DNA of 62,511 nt, counting the filler, from Jimgerdemannia flammicorona (lineage: Eukaryota): the NCBI GenBank assembly GCA_003990765.1. It is 2 parts of 2 records of this genome, joined end to end, with 100 filler letters (N's around TTAATTAATTAA, not from the genome) between each part and the next. Parts side by side here need not be neighbours in the genome. Positions count along the whole stretch, not along the records: positions 1 to 31,215 come from RBNJ01000408.1; 1 more part is not named here. One strand, given 5' to 3'. Under the pieces are notes generated by a model, which made no database searches, was not told the origin of the DNA, and was given only the letters and a program-made list of their open reading frames with translations. How positions within the stretch are numbered: position 1 is the stretch's first letter; each line of letters starts with the position of its first letter. A program made the translations under genes and the position numbers. This document shows, piece by piece, positions 11,953-21,953 of this stretch.

Positions 11953-13986
11953 TGTAAGTGCACAACCTCCAAACCACTGAAATTACATGTCACCCTCTGA
12001 ACAAATCTGGAAATCACCTGCTTGATCATGAAGCTAAGTCAAACCGAAGTTACAGCGCACAAAGCTGAGTCAATACGAAGTCACAGAACACAAGATTTAC
12101 ATAAATGGAATCTTACCAATCAGAACTAAATGCATATATACCTAGCACTGAGATGTGCCAAAACAGAGAACCAAAACAAACAATAACTACAAACTTCCAA
12201 ACATACAAACATGACCACCAAGATCTATATCTGTATCTGCGCTGACATTTGGAATGCCATTGTCAATCAAGCCACACCCCCTCTGCCCCTCATAAATATC
12301 CATAGCCTGGCACCCCTCTACTTCATGGAAGCCCGATAGAATACTCTGAACATGCTTAGTGAGGCCCACTGGATCAGACAAATCTCAAGCTACTACCAGA
12401 TCGGCTGTCTCCTGGAAGACATGGTTGAATACCACCACGATACAGACATTACCCAGATGTCTCAACACCAGAAGCTCATCACCTGCAAACATTGAGAACT
12501 CTTCTATGAGTACAGTACCATTATTCCTCATCTCCAAGTTACTACCAGCGAAATGGTTGCTACCCTGTCCTATGGCCAAATCGACAACATGATACAAGAA
12601 CTCAATCACAAGTACCTCGAGTACATCAAAACCACAGACAGAATCTTCCCACACCCCAATGATCATATCCTGCAAATGCCCCAAGTTAGATATGCCATGA
12701 AGGACATCTACGATATAATCCACTTCAATGAAGACGAAGCAGAAGACAATGATCCCTCTGATGCCGATATGACCTCTAGCCAAGAATCTCTGCCAACCCT
12801 GATCATACCGCCAACCTTGCCAATGAACTTATAACAATTTATAACAGCATACAAGACTTATTAGGACAATGACCACTGGTATGAATATCAACCCATGTTC
12901 ACTCCCAATTACTTCAACTATAATGAAGAGACTGGAGAACACAACCTATACCTCCAGATAACCCTCGAGATTGAACCAACCACTCCACCACCTGAGTATG
13001 AGCAACTTGAACCACAGCTGCCAGCTTACTACAATTCTGCAACTCATAGTGCTGTAACCTATAGAAGGTACACAGACAGTGAATCTAATGAAAGTAAAGA
13101 CAACACACCCATCCTTCATCCACCAACACCTTATCTAGCCTATGAGACAGACAATGCTATCCTGTGGAATAGAGACAAAGTCTCAATGTATTACTACCTC
13201 AGCAAACAAGGAGAAGTAATCTGTGAACCACTCTTCCTAGATGACTACTTCATCAGAGATGATGCAATCGATGGTGATGTCATCGAGGACTACCCAGACA
13301 GTGCCTAAACCATAAATAGCCTAAGCAGTCATAGTATAGTTAGATTAGCTTTGTACGACATGACTGTGAACTGACTCAGCAGTCAGATGATCTCTTGACA
13401 TGTCAGATCACACTTATACTATGTGACTGTATTCCGACTCAGCAAGGTACTTAGTGCTACATCCATATCTAGCATAGTTCAGATAGCCCCTCACTAGTAT
13501 AAATACCCCCTCCCCCAGACCTCAGAATCTCAGACTCAAATACACAAGAACATTCCTGAATACTTTCCTACAATATCTCTTTACACAATTACTCCTAGTA
13601 TAGCAATATCATGAATAGCGAATAAATCTATTCAAATAACCCACAAACCACCCTTAAGTAAATCCACTTCCTGTTAGGTCCTACTCTTAACTCTATCACG
13701 AAATTTCCTAATTGGGTATTGTCTGCAGCAATACACCAATTCAACTAAGCTAGTCTTAGTTTCTCGAACTTCCTGAAATACAGAAAATCCTGAACATCTA
13801 GAACTAGTCCAAAAGAGGACTTAGGATTGAGACATTAACCTGATCTTGAAATCAATAAGCGTAGAGAATGTACTCTATATGAAATTGATCTTGACTATAA
13901 GAAAACAGTCTTCCAGAATATCCAGAACTTCCAGAAAACCCTTCCAGAACTATGTAACGGTTACCCTAAAAAGCAACCCTCTTACA
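11953..13986 (+). repeat. Element A 3' LTR (2034 bp)
   Basis: TGTAAG...CTTACA, colinear with the 5' LTR. Confidence 0.95.
12211..13308 (+). pseudogene. LTR-encoded ORF of family A (copy 3; 365 codons)
   Basis: ATGACCACC at 12211. Track ORFs 12553-12834 and 12895-13308 are in the same frame, and the stops read as sense codons in sister copies. Confidence 0.78.
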
Positions 13987-14500
13987 AAAGTATATGTAGT
14001 AGTAAATTGAACTTATATGTCTTCTTTTATTCTTATGAGTTTGAAGTATTAGTTCAATTGAAAGATCTATATATCTATAGTTAGATCTTCTTAGTGACTA
14101 TCAAAGATATTTGACTTGAATAGCTTGAAGCTAACTAGTATAGCAATAGAATATAATATAGTTGTAATTTTTGTTTTCTGATATTCTAGTTATGTTTGAA
14201 GTTATCAGATCTGGTGAGCCATAGTAGTAATTATATTTTTCAGATTGATTTATAGTTCAGCACCATTTACTTCTTCTATAGCAGAGGGGTCTAGATGATA
14301 GGCTGGTTCTTTATAATTCATTTTGGACTTATATAACTAGTTGTAACTAGTTTTTAAATTTATATAAGATTTCTTAATAAGGTAAGATATAATAATATTA
14401 CTGCTACTAAGTATAATAGTTTTAGTAGACCTAAAGTAGCTCAAAGAGATACTTATAGATTTAAGTATTCTTAAAGGAATTCTGGAAGAAAATATTCTAA
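13987..14500 (-). mobile_element. Decayed gag-like relic of an older LTR element (probably continuing at ~1200-1577)
   Basis: The reverse strand reads I*IFQLN*YFKLIRIKEDI*VQFTTTY, resembling gag 'WIFQ..YF' helices. Extreme TA enrichment. Confidence 0.35.
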
Positions 14501-14513
14501 GCTTTATTTAAGC

Positions 14514-14527
14514 AAAGAATAAGAAAC

Positions 14528-14573
<46 letters not shown>

Positions 14574-14582
14574 AAGAATAAG
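14514..14582 (+). mobile_element. Ultra-truncated LINE insertion (ACTAT + A41) with TSD
   Basis: AAAGAATAAG is duplicated at 14514-14523 and 14573-14582 around AAACTAT(A)41. The tail matches the GACTAT(A)n ends of the LINEs. Confidence 0.65.
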
Positions 14583-15417
14583 GATATTTATACAGAATCT
14601 GAAAGAAAGATCTGGAAGAATCTTAGAAAAGAAGAGAAAAGCTAAGAAATAAGTTCTTGATAAAGATGATTAATAATATTCTATAATGTTTCAAAAGATT
14701 TTATAATTAGCTAAGATAAGATACTTGGCACCAAGAAAAGACAAGAAGGTTTTAGTAATGTCTTGGTGCCAAGAGAAGATTTCTAGGCATTCAGAAGATG
14801 CTAAAATATAGTAAAATGTTTAGAAAAAGATAAGAAAAAACTAGCAAAAAGACATGAAAAGTACTGAGACTAAAATATGACTGTAAAATTATTATATAAG
14901 TAATTCAGTTCAGTTTAATATTATTAAAAATATTCTAAGTTATTAAGATTAATAGTTATTAATAGCTAATTTTAAAATTATAAATATATATTTTATAAAT
15001 CTAATATCTTATAATCAATATAAATATATTATATTAATATATTAATATTATAAAATAAATTTTTGATACATACATATATTTATTTTTAAACCAAATAAAT
15101 TTAAATATATCTGAATACCAATATATCAGATCTAAAATTACTATGTTCCATCTATCTTAGCATGGCTTCTGGCAGATCACGAGACATGGTCTCGGGATTG
15201 ATGGCTGGGCGCGTGAGCATACCTTGATAACAGAAGATTGCAATCTAATTTTCTCGTGCTATTTTATATTTATTTATTGATTAATATGGTTTCATGATAG
15301 CTTTGCATCGGGATGTCTCGTTGACACAGAACTTAAGGCACGGCAGGCTGGTTCGCCATGCTATCATGCTATCGGAATTTCCCATATTTAATTTTGCGAT
15401 CGTTGTTACCTGTAAAT

Positions 15418-16995
15418 CTATTTCTCTTTTTGATCATTTCCTTTTCCAATATCAATCCTTCCAAGTCGTACCTCCAACTCCTCAACCATCTCACCGACCA
15501 CCGATCCCTTTTTCACCGCTGCATCCATCCACATTTTCAGAGGTTTTTTTTTTAAATGCGGAATCTGAGTCAGGTTACTCCACGCCCACTCCAGAAACAT
15601 GACGTCTCCAGCCAACGCAGCGCGCTCAAGCACTCTTTTGCTCAAAATTAATATGCGTTTGCCCCGCTCCCTCAAAAACGCATCAAGCAACCGAATAACC
15701 TTGACAGTGCTCTTGACCTCCACGCAGCGGCGGAGCTTGTAGTAATTGTAGTATCGCACGATCTCCGGCCGCACGTGAAACACGTCGATCTCCTCAACGA
15801 CGTCAGGATATCTGTCGATGCACGTTCGCAACACGTCCACGTCGTTGCTCCTAATCGCGACATACACGATTGGCAGGATGGGTTGATACTCGGGAAGCAC
15901 CCGCGCCACGTAGTCCAGCACGCCGGTGTCACGGTCGCGAATCGCCTCGTGGAAGGCGTTCAACAGATTTTGCTGGCTCGACGGGCATATCAAAAGCCTA
16001 TCATTTAGTACTGCTCTGGCAGCTTGGTCGTCGCCATCAGTCACGCCATGCATGCTCCTCGTTGGGTCGCCATGCGTCTCGTACACGCTTACCATACCCC
16101 ACCACCCTATCCTAGGCAACCATCGCTCCCGGCACTCGGCGCACATGTCCTCTGGGAACATGCGGAGTGTGTGCATGGGGTGAACCCACAAGGGCCTATC
16201 GGTCGGCCAGACTTCCCACCCATCGAAGGTAACCCTCTTGGTATAGATGACGTCGAGCACCTCGTGTCCCCATGTCGTGAAGCGCACGCCGCGATCGTGC
16301 AGGTATCTCAGCGCATCATACCAATTGCAATTGAGCGCGAGCCACAGAATGTAGTCGGGTTGGTCTTCCATCTCGTTGAAGCGCTCGTGCTCATACACGT
16401 ACTCGACGAGTTCAAGCCGCCGGCAATAAGAATAGCACAGCATGTTCCAGTCGAGGAACGCTGGCCGCGTCTGCCGCGCCAATTTGGATCGCTGCAGCCA
16501 CTCGAGAATATCGAATCGGGCCTCGCGTGTCGCCCAAAGGCGGATCATATTGAAGCACGCCTTATGATGTACGTAGCGGGTGTCGGTGGAGCTTGCGACG
16601 TCGAAGAGCGTGTGCAGATACATGTAGGTGTGGAGGTTGTGCTGCTCTACATTGGCGAACATGCATCCGCCATTGGCCGTGATTTCAGGAAAAATGACAG
16701 GAAACATGACATCGGGATGGCCGTAGCCGGAGGGTAGGAGGTGACGGAGGAGGGGGAGGTCGCCCGACTGGAGCGCGTGCTGCAGAGGGGTCAGTTCGGC
16801 GGGATAACAGTTGGTTATTTTCTCGATGACTACTTCCTCGAGCGGTGGAATCTTGACGGCAAAGTCGAAGAGCCCGGCGGCCGAGGCATGTTCGCGGCTG
16901 GTGAAGGAGAAGATGTGTTCTACTATCTCCACAGGACAGGTGGAGAGGAGTTGAACGATAATGTCGATTGGTTTCGTGAAAGTTAGAGGACTCAT
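15418..16995 (-). CDS. Intronless F-box-like plus degenerate ankyrin-repeat protein (525 aa)
   Basis: N-terminal LLSTCPVEIVEHIFSF is F-box-like. Ankyrin-like units include TPLQHALQSGDLPLLRHLL, AFHEAIRDRDTGVLDYV and RAALAGDVMFLEWAW. Long open GC-rich frame. Confidence 0.7.
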   Translation of the reverse strand: MSPLTFTKPIDIIVQLLSTCPVEIVEHIFSFTSREHASAAGLFDFAVKIPPLEEVVIEKITNCYPAELTPLQHALQSGDLPLLRHLLPSGYGHPDVMFPVIFPEITANGGCMFANVEQHNLHTYMYLHTLFDVASSTDTRYVHHKACFNMIRLWATREARFDILEWLQRSKLARQTRPAFLDWNMLCYSYCRRLELVEYVYEHERFNEMEDQPDYILWLALNCNWYDALRYLHDRGVRFTTWGHEVLDVIYTKRVTFDGWEVWPTDRPLWVHPMHTLRMFPEDMCAECRERWLPRIGWWGMVSVYETHGDPTRSMHGVTDGDDQAARAVLNDRLLICPSSQQNLLNAFHEAIRDRDTGVLDYVARVLPEYQPILPIVYVAIRSNDVDVLRTCIDRYPDVVEEIDVFHVRPEIVRYYNYYKLRRCVEVKSTVKVIRLLDAFLRERGKRILILSKRVLERAALAGDVMFLEWAWSNLTQIPHLKKKPLKMWMDAAVKKGSVVGEMVEELEVRLGRIDIGKGNDQKEK

Positions 16996-17724
16996 GGTGA
17001 TGTATGGGTAGTGGTAGTTGACATTGTGTTCTTATACAACTAGGGAGGGTCATAATTTGATATTGATAGAACCACAGGGTGAGTTGATGACTAGGTCGAT
17101 CGTCGATCGTCAACAACCACATCATTAAATTCGTTGCCTTTTTATAATCATTTTTTATTTCAGCTCTCATGCGTGTTTAAAACCGACCCTTCGAAGTGTT
17201 TCCAATGCATTTACCATTGGTTTCCACAATTTCGTTTCCTATTTAAGGAACACTCATCGAGTCATCAAAAGTTGATGCGCTGTATAAGAGTAAAGCCCAT
17301 CGAGCATTCCAAAGAGCCATGAACGAACGAGCTCAAATACCTGTAGCGCCGGGCTGCACAGATGTAAGAGATATCTAGACTGCGTGGGAACCTGAGGTGT
17401 GCCGAAGCACGGAAAGCGCAACTAAGAACTTATAAAAAAAACGAATCAAAGCGGAAGAGATGAACACGAGGGACCAGCAGCGGGCGACGCTATCTGGTAA
17501 TCGTTCTCGCTCCACAGGACTATCAAGTCATCAGGCTTTTCATCCCAAAACCGGAACAATCGTTATCTGACAACTGCCCACCTTTCAACACCCTCTCTCC
17601 ATCATCCGCCTAGACGCCAACAAACCGATCACCTGGGCCTTCCAATTCATCCTAGCGATCGACAACGCCAACCTCACGCCTCCTTTCCACCAACACCGCG
17701 CACATAGTAAACTCAACACCACCC

Positions 17725-17800
17725 GCCACAAGCATCAACATGGGCTACAAGCATCAACATGGGCCACAAGTATCAACATGGGCCACAAGCATCAACATGG
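17725..17800. repeat. Minisatellite, 4 x 19 bp (GCCACAAGCATCAACATGG)
   Basis: Four consecutive units with at most 1 mismatch each. Confidence 0.95.
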
Positions 17801-18874
17801 ACCAGCGAGATACAAGAAGAAATGCAAGAAATCCCAGCCTCGTGCACCAAGGATCAGGGCATCCAGAGCAACCGCCGCCACGAAACTTTCTCGAACGCCT
17901 TTCGAGTTCACCTCTCGCGTTCGTCTCCAATCATCCGGTTTGATGAGGGTGATTGCTGAGACAGCACGCCAAACTATGTCCACGCCGTGTGGACAGTGTG
18001 CCGTGTGCTTAAGAAACCTTGGACGTGGAGAGGGTGGTGTCTGTACCATGAGATGCGTTCGTGATAGATGGGAAATCATCCATACGCATGTAATTAATGA
18101 CAAGACTGCTTCTGTTGTATCACGCACGCACGAAGCTCGAAAATGTGAATAAATCCACGTTCAGTTGGGTTTGGCGCGGAAATGGCCAGGTGAAATCGTT
18201 ACCGTGGACCGTGGAAGCCAAGGAGACGGGAATGCGCGAAAGTGTGCACTCTTACTGGCAACCTAGCTAAACGACGCATTTATTTCAATTCTGTTTTATT
18301 AAAATCGGAGGAATCCCATCGGTCCCCTCAGATGTGTCGCTCCGGTCGCTCGGACAATGTAAAAATTTCCAAAACATGTGCATCCCCAAACAGCTATTAA
18401 CTCCATGAGTATTGGATGAGACCTACTTTTGCCGTTAAAGGTGTCACCAAGACGACACAGACATAATTCCATGAATTCTCTTTGCGTCCGCCGACAGCGA
18501 GGCCCTCGCTCTATTCCTCACCAACACCTTCACCACCATCTCGCGCCCTGCTCGTCTCACAACCAACTCCCTATGAGTCATTTATGACGTGCACTTCGTC
18601 GCTTTATACAACGTGATGAAGAAATTGTGCCGGATGAACAGGAGAATAAAAAAAAAGGTTTATAATGTACAAGTTTTACACAACAAAAAAAAGAAAAAAG
18701 AAAAAAAAAAGCAAAGGAATAGTGCAGTATGTTGGACGGACATGAAAACACACGCGAAGGAAACCGCCATGAAAATAAGTGATGACTGTCGAATACAGAT
18801 CCTCAAGACCAGTCGGCCCTCGCTACACCCACCATCACAAGGCCTGCCTTGTAATCCTTCGCACCCCGCCCCTC

Positions 18875-19879
18875 TCATCCCTCCACATACGTCAACCTAA
18901 ATGTCCGCAACTTCCGCATCAAATCCGCCATCTCGTCCTTAATCTCCTGTGCCGTGGCCTCATGCCCCTTCGTTGCCTCCGCTTCCTTCCCCAGAACTTT
19001 CTTCAGCATCCTCACCTCCCTCTCAACCATCTCCGCCAGATCCTTCTGCCTGCCGACCACGACCTCGTTGGCAGCGCGCACCTCCTTCAGTTCATCCCCC
19101 TTCTCTTCCAGCATCTTCCGCACACGGGCCTCGGATTCTGCCGCGACTTTCAGCGTTTCCTCGGACTCGGCAAGGAACATGTGCTGAGCCTCAGCGATCT
19201 CGGCCTTGATGGCATCGACCTCGGCGCGGTACGTCAGATTCAGAGCGTCGATCTCCTTGCGTACAGACTCGTACTCGCGGGCGGTCTTGCGCGCAGCCTC
19301 TTCGGCATCGGCCTGGGCGGCAGCAGCCTCCTCCTCGAGAACCTTGAATCGTTCGAGTCCGACGCGGGCGGCGTCGATCTCCTCCTCAAATTTCTTGAGT
19401 TGGCCCTCGAAGAAGAAGGAGGTGGCCTTGGACTGCTCTATCTGGCGGTCCTTGCGGTGCAGCAAGTCGTTAAGGGTCTGGACCTCGACGCGCAGGCGGC
19501 GGTTGGAGCGCGAGGCTTCGGCGGCAGCGAGCTCTGCAGCTTTAGTCTCGCGCTTGGTGAGGTCGTACTCGGCGCGCGTGGTGGCCAGCTCGCGCTGTGC
19601 GGACTCGAGCTTGCGCTGGATGTCTTCAAGGTCTAGGGTGACGGCTTTAGAGCCGGAGAGGTGCGGTGATGTGGGGGGAAGGAGGGAGGGGATCTTGTTG
19701 GTACGTTCAAGGGAGAGCGGGTCTAGAGGGGGTTCACAAGTAGCAAGGGTTAAATATACGCGGGGAAAATGAAAAGGACTCGCACGGATTTTGTGGGGGG
19801 CGGAGTGGCGTTCGGCGGGAGGTCTCAGGGTTGACATACCATCCAGATTTTGAACTCTGTCGGGGAGAAGGTTCGCCAT
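18875..19879 (-). CDS. Coiled-coil protein, She3-like
   Basis: Heptad-rich 334-aa frame. LNDLLHRKDRQIEQ resembles the She3-family LLxRKERRI motif. A probable in-frame 63-nt intron lies at 19723-19785 (GTGCGA...TAG). Confidence 0.7.
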   Translation of the reverse strand: MANLLPDRVQNLDGMSTLRPPAERHSAPHKIRASPFHFPRVYLTLATCEPPLDPLSLERTNKIPSLLPPTSPHLSGSKAVTLDLEDIQRKLESAQRELATTRAEYDLTKRETKAAELAAAEASRSNRRLRVEVQTLNDLLHRKDRQIEQSKATSFFFEGQLKKFEEEIDAARVGLERFKVLEEEAAAAQADAEEAARKTAREYESVRKEIDALNLTYRAEVDAIKAEIAEAQHMFLAESEETLKVAAESEARVRKMLEEKGDELKEVRAANEVVVGRQKDLAEMVEREVRMLKKVLGKEAEATKGHEATAQEIKDEMADLMRKLRTFRLTYVEG

Positions 19880-20250
19880 TGGAGTTTGGTTCGAAGGAAC
19901 GGATAAATCATTCTCGGGATTCCGTCTCCAAACAATTAGCCTTCAGTCATCATGTGACCAGTGACGTAGACTTTCTCCATCTTCCAGACCTTCCAGACCT
20001 TCCAAACCTCAACTGACGTCTATATATGCGTCAAACCACCTCAGATCCACTATTCAAATCCATTATTCTATTCAAACCAACATGTATGCCAAACCAATCC
20101 ATGCCAAGACGTATCGTGTAGGATCGACAAACAAGCATCTCATCCTCGGAACTGACTCAGCCTGGCAACCGCGCCACCTTCGGCGAAGCCAGCCCGTCCC
20201 TCTTATTCACACGCTTGCTTTTTCTTCCACCCCCTACTTCGCCAACCAAC

Positions 20251-21352
20251 ATGCCCTCGAATTCTTGGAATCCCTGGAGGCCCAGCCAGAAGAGGCTGTA
20301 CGACGAAGAAAAGGACAGCACCAGTACTGAGAGGGTCCCGCTTGGCCCGCATAAGATCTCGCTGCACATTTCCACAGCCCGGCACCCGCGCCCGCGCCAC
20401 ACGAAGCACAAGCAGAGTACCATTGTCAATTCGTTCCACCGCGACGCCTTCTCCACCCGCCTCCCGGCCTACTACGAGGCCCTGCCCGGTGCCGACGGCG
20501 TGATCCGGTTCGGGCACAAGATTGCATTGAAGCAGGTTCGGAGCGGGAGGTTCTTGCACGCCGACAAGGAACACACCGTGAAAGAGAATGGGGAGCTCGC
20601 GGTACGTACACGTGACGCTGGGTTCGGAAATGGCGCATCACAATCATTTCGATAATTCTACCTTCATCCAATTCATTAAAGCAACACAACCTTCACAACT
20701 CCCTCCTATACAGGCATCCATCCACACCTGGAAACCGCGCGAAGTCGACTACTGGATCGTCCTTCCGCAACTCGGCCAAACGCAACAGATGGGCAAGCCC
20801 ATTCGTTTGAACCGCACGATCCGTCTGCAACACATCACGACACGGGCCCATCTACACACACACAGCACCAATTCCGCGTCATCGACAGGATTAGGTGGTC
20901 TCCCCGAGTACGAGATCAGCCTTCTCCCGGATATACGATCGGACAGCAACGACGTGTGGATCGTGGAGGTATTCAACTTTTCGCGCAAACCGACGGCTTC
21001 TGGCGGGGATGCAGACGTGGAAGACATCTCCCCCGCGCTGAACCACGACACGTTGGAGTCCGCGGATTTCTGGCACGTGGATAATGTCGTCGCGTTCCGG
21101 CACAAGGTCACTGGTCACCGCCTCGCCGGCCGCGCGACCCAGCCGCTGGATAAGGAGGCCGGGCTGGCAAAGGTCGTGGCAGCCAAGCGGTGCGAAATAG
21201 AGAGCGCGTGGAGGGTTGTTGTGCCGAAGGAGGATGAGGACGTGATTCAAATGAGTGCGTCTATGGAAGAAGTGAACACGCTCGATAGGTTCACCGTCGA
21301 GCAGGTCGGCGAAATGGAGTCGTCACTAATCAACGTGGAAATGATTAAGTGA
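20251..21352 (+). CDS. MIR-domain (beta-trefoil) protein, 2 exons
   Basis: Exon 1 20251-20601, intron GTACGT...TACAG 20602-20713, exon 2 20714-21352. Three MIR-like repeats: IRFGHKIALKQVRSGRFLH, IRLQHITTRAHLHTH and VVAFRHKVTGHRL. Confidence 0.8.
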
Positions 21353-21953
21353 GGGGGCCGTATTTACCTTTCCTTTCGTTACGCCTTGAAGGATGTTCCC
21401 ATATATTTTTATCATTGCGTCACTTGGCACCTGAAAACGGATGCCAACCATGATACTAACAAACCACTATCATGGTCTAATCCTATTCAAGAACTCTTTA
21501 AAAGATTTCCTTGGCGTGAGACACATAGACTTGGCAAAACTGGTAAACGGGTAGTGTCGTTTTTTACCTAGCTTGTCCGTCGTATAGCATCCATCCACCA
21601 AAAATGTGTCCGCCCTTATCACAGTTCCATATTGTGTCCGCCCATAATATTCGTCAATGTTCCCCAAGTCAAGGCAATACAATAATCATATATACGTATA
21701 GCGAAAAATGGCATCGACGAAGATACTATCCAACTAATTCTGGTTTCGTATAATCCCGAAATTACAAAAACTATTGCTAAATTACATACCCCACAAATTG
21801 CTGGCCGCCTCCAGCACCCTCCGCCGACAAAGCAACCCTGAAACCGAACCTTTTCTATACCATCGTGCCTTACAGCGTCATTTTCCGACACATTCTCCTC
21901 CCAATACCTGACCAGCTCCAAGGTCTTTACAACTCTCCCCAAATGCATCCCGC

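Larger units (their letters stand above)
1578..13986 (+). mobile_element. Ty3/gypsy chromovirus element A, full length, inactivated by point mutation
   Basis: Two 2.03-kb TG...CA LTRs, PBS, PPT, and internal gag-CCHC-dUTPase-PR-RT-RNaseH-IN-chromodomain motifs with many premature stops. Confidence 0.95.

Noticed and set aside
12211..13308. Interpreting the LTR ORFs as env genes
   Set aside because: Neither LTR protein shows a signal peptide or transmembrane segment, and both lie inside the LTR rather than between pol and the PPT.
14724..14773. 13-bp inverted repeat CTTGGCACCAAGA / TCTTGGTGCCAAG
   Set aside because: Each arm is itself near-palindromic, so it is equally a short direct repeat within a decayed LTR-like relic. 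No evidence of function.
16024..16737. 237-aa plus-strand ORF, and similar antisense ORFs at 18779-19636 and 28063-28620
   Set aside because: These are shadow frames of GC3-rich genes on the opposite strand, with no motifs of their own.
17725..17800. CRISPR-like array
   Set aside because: The units abut with no spacers, there are no cas genes, and the context is eukaryotic.
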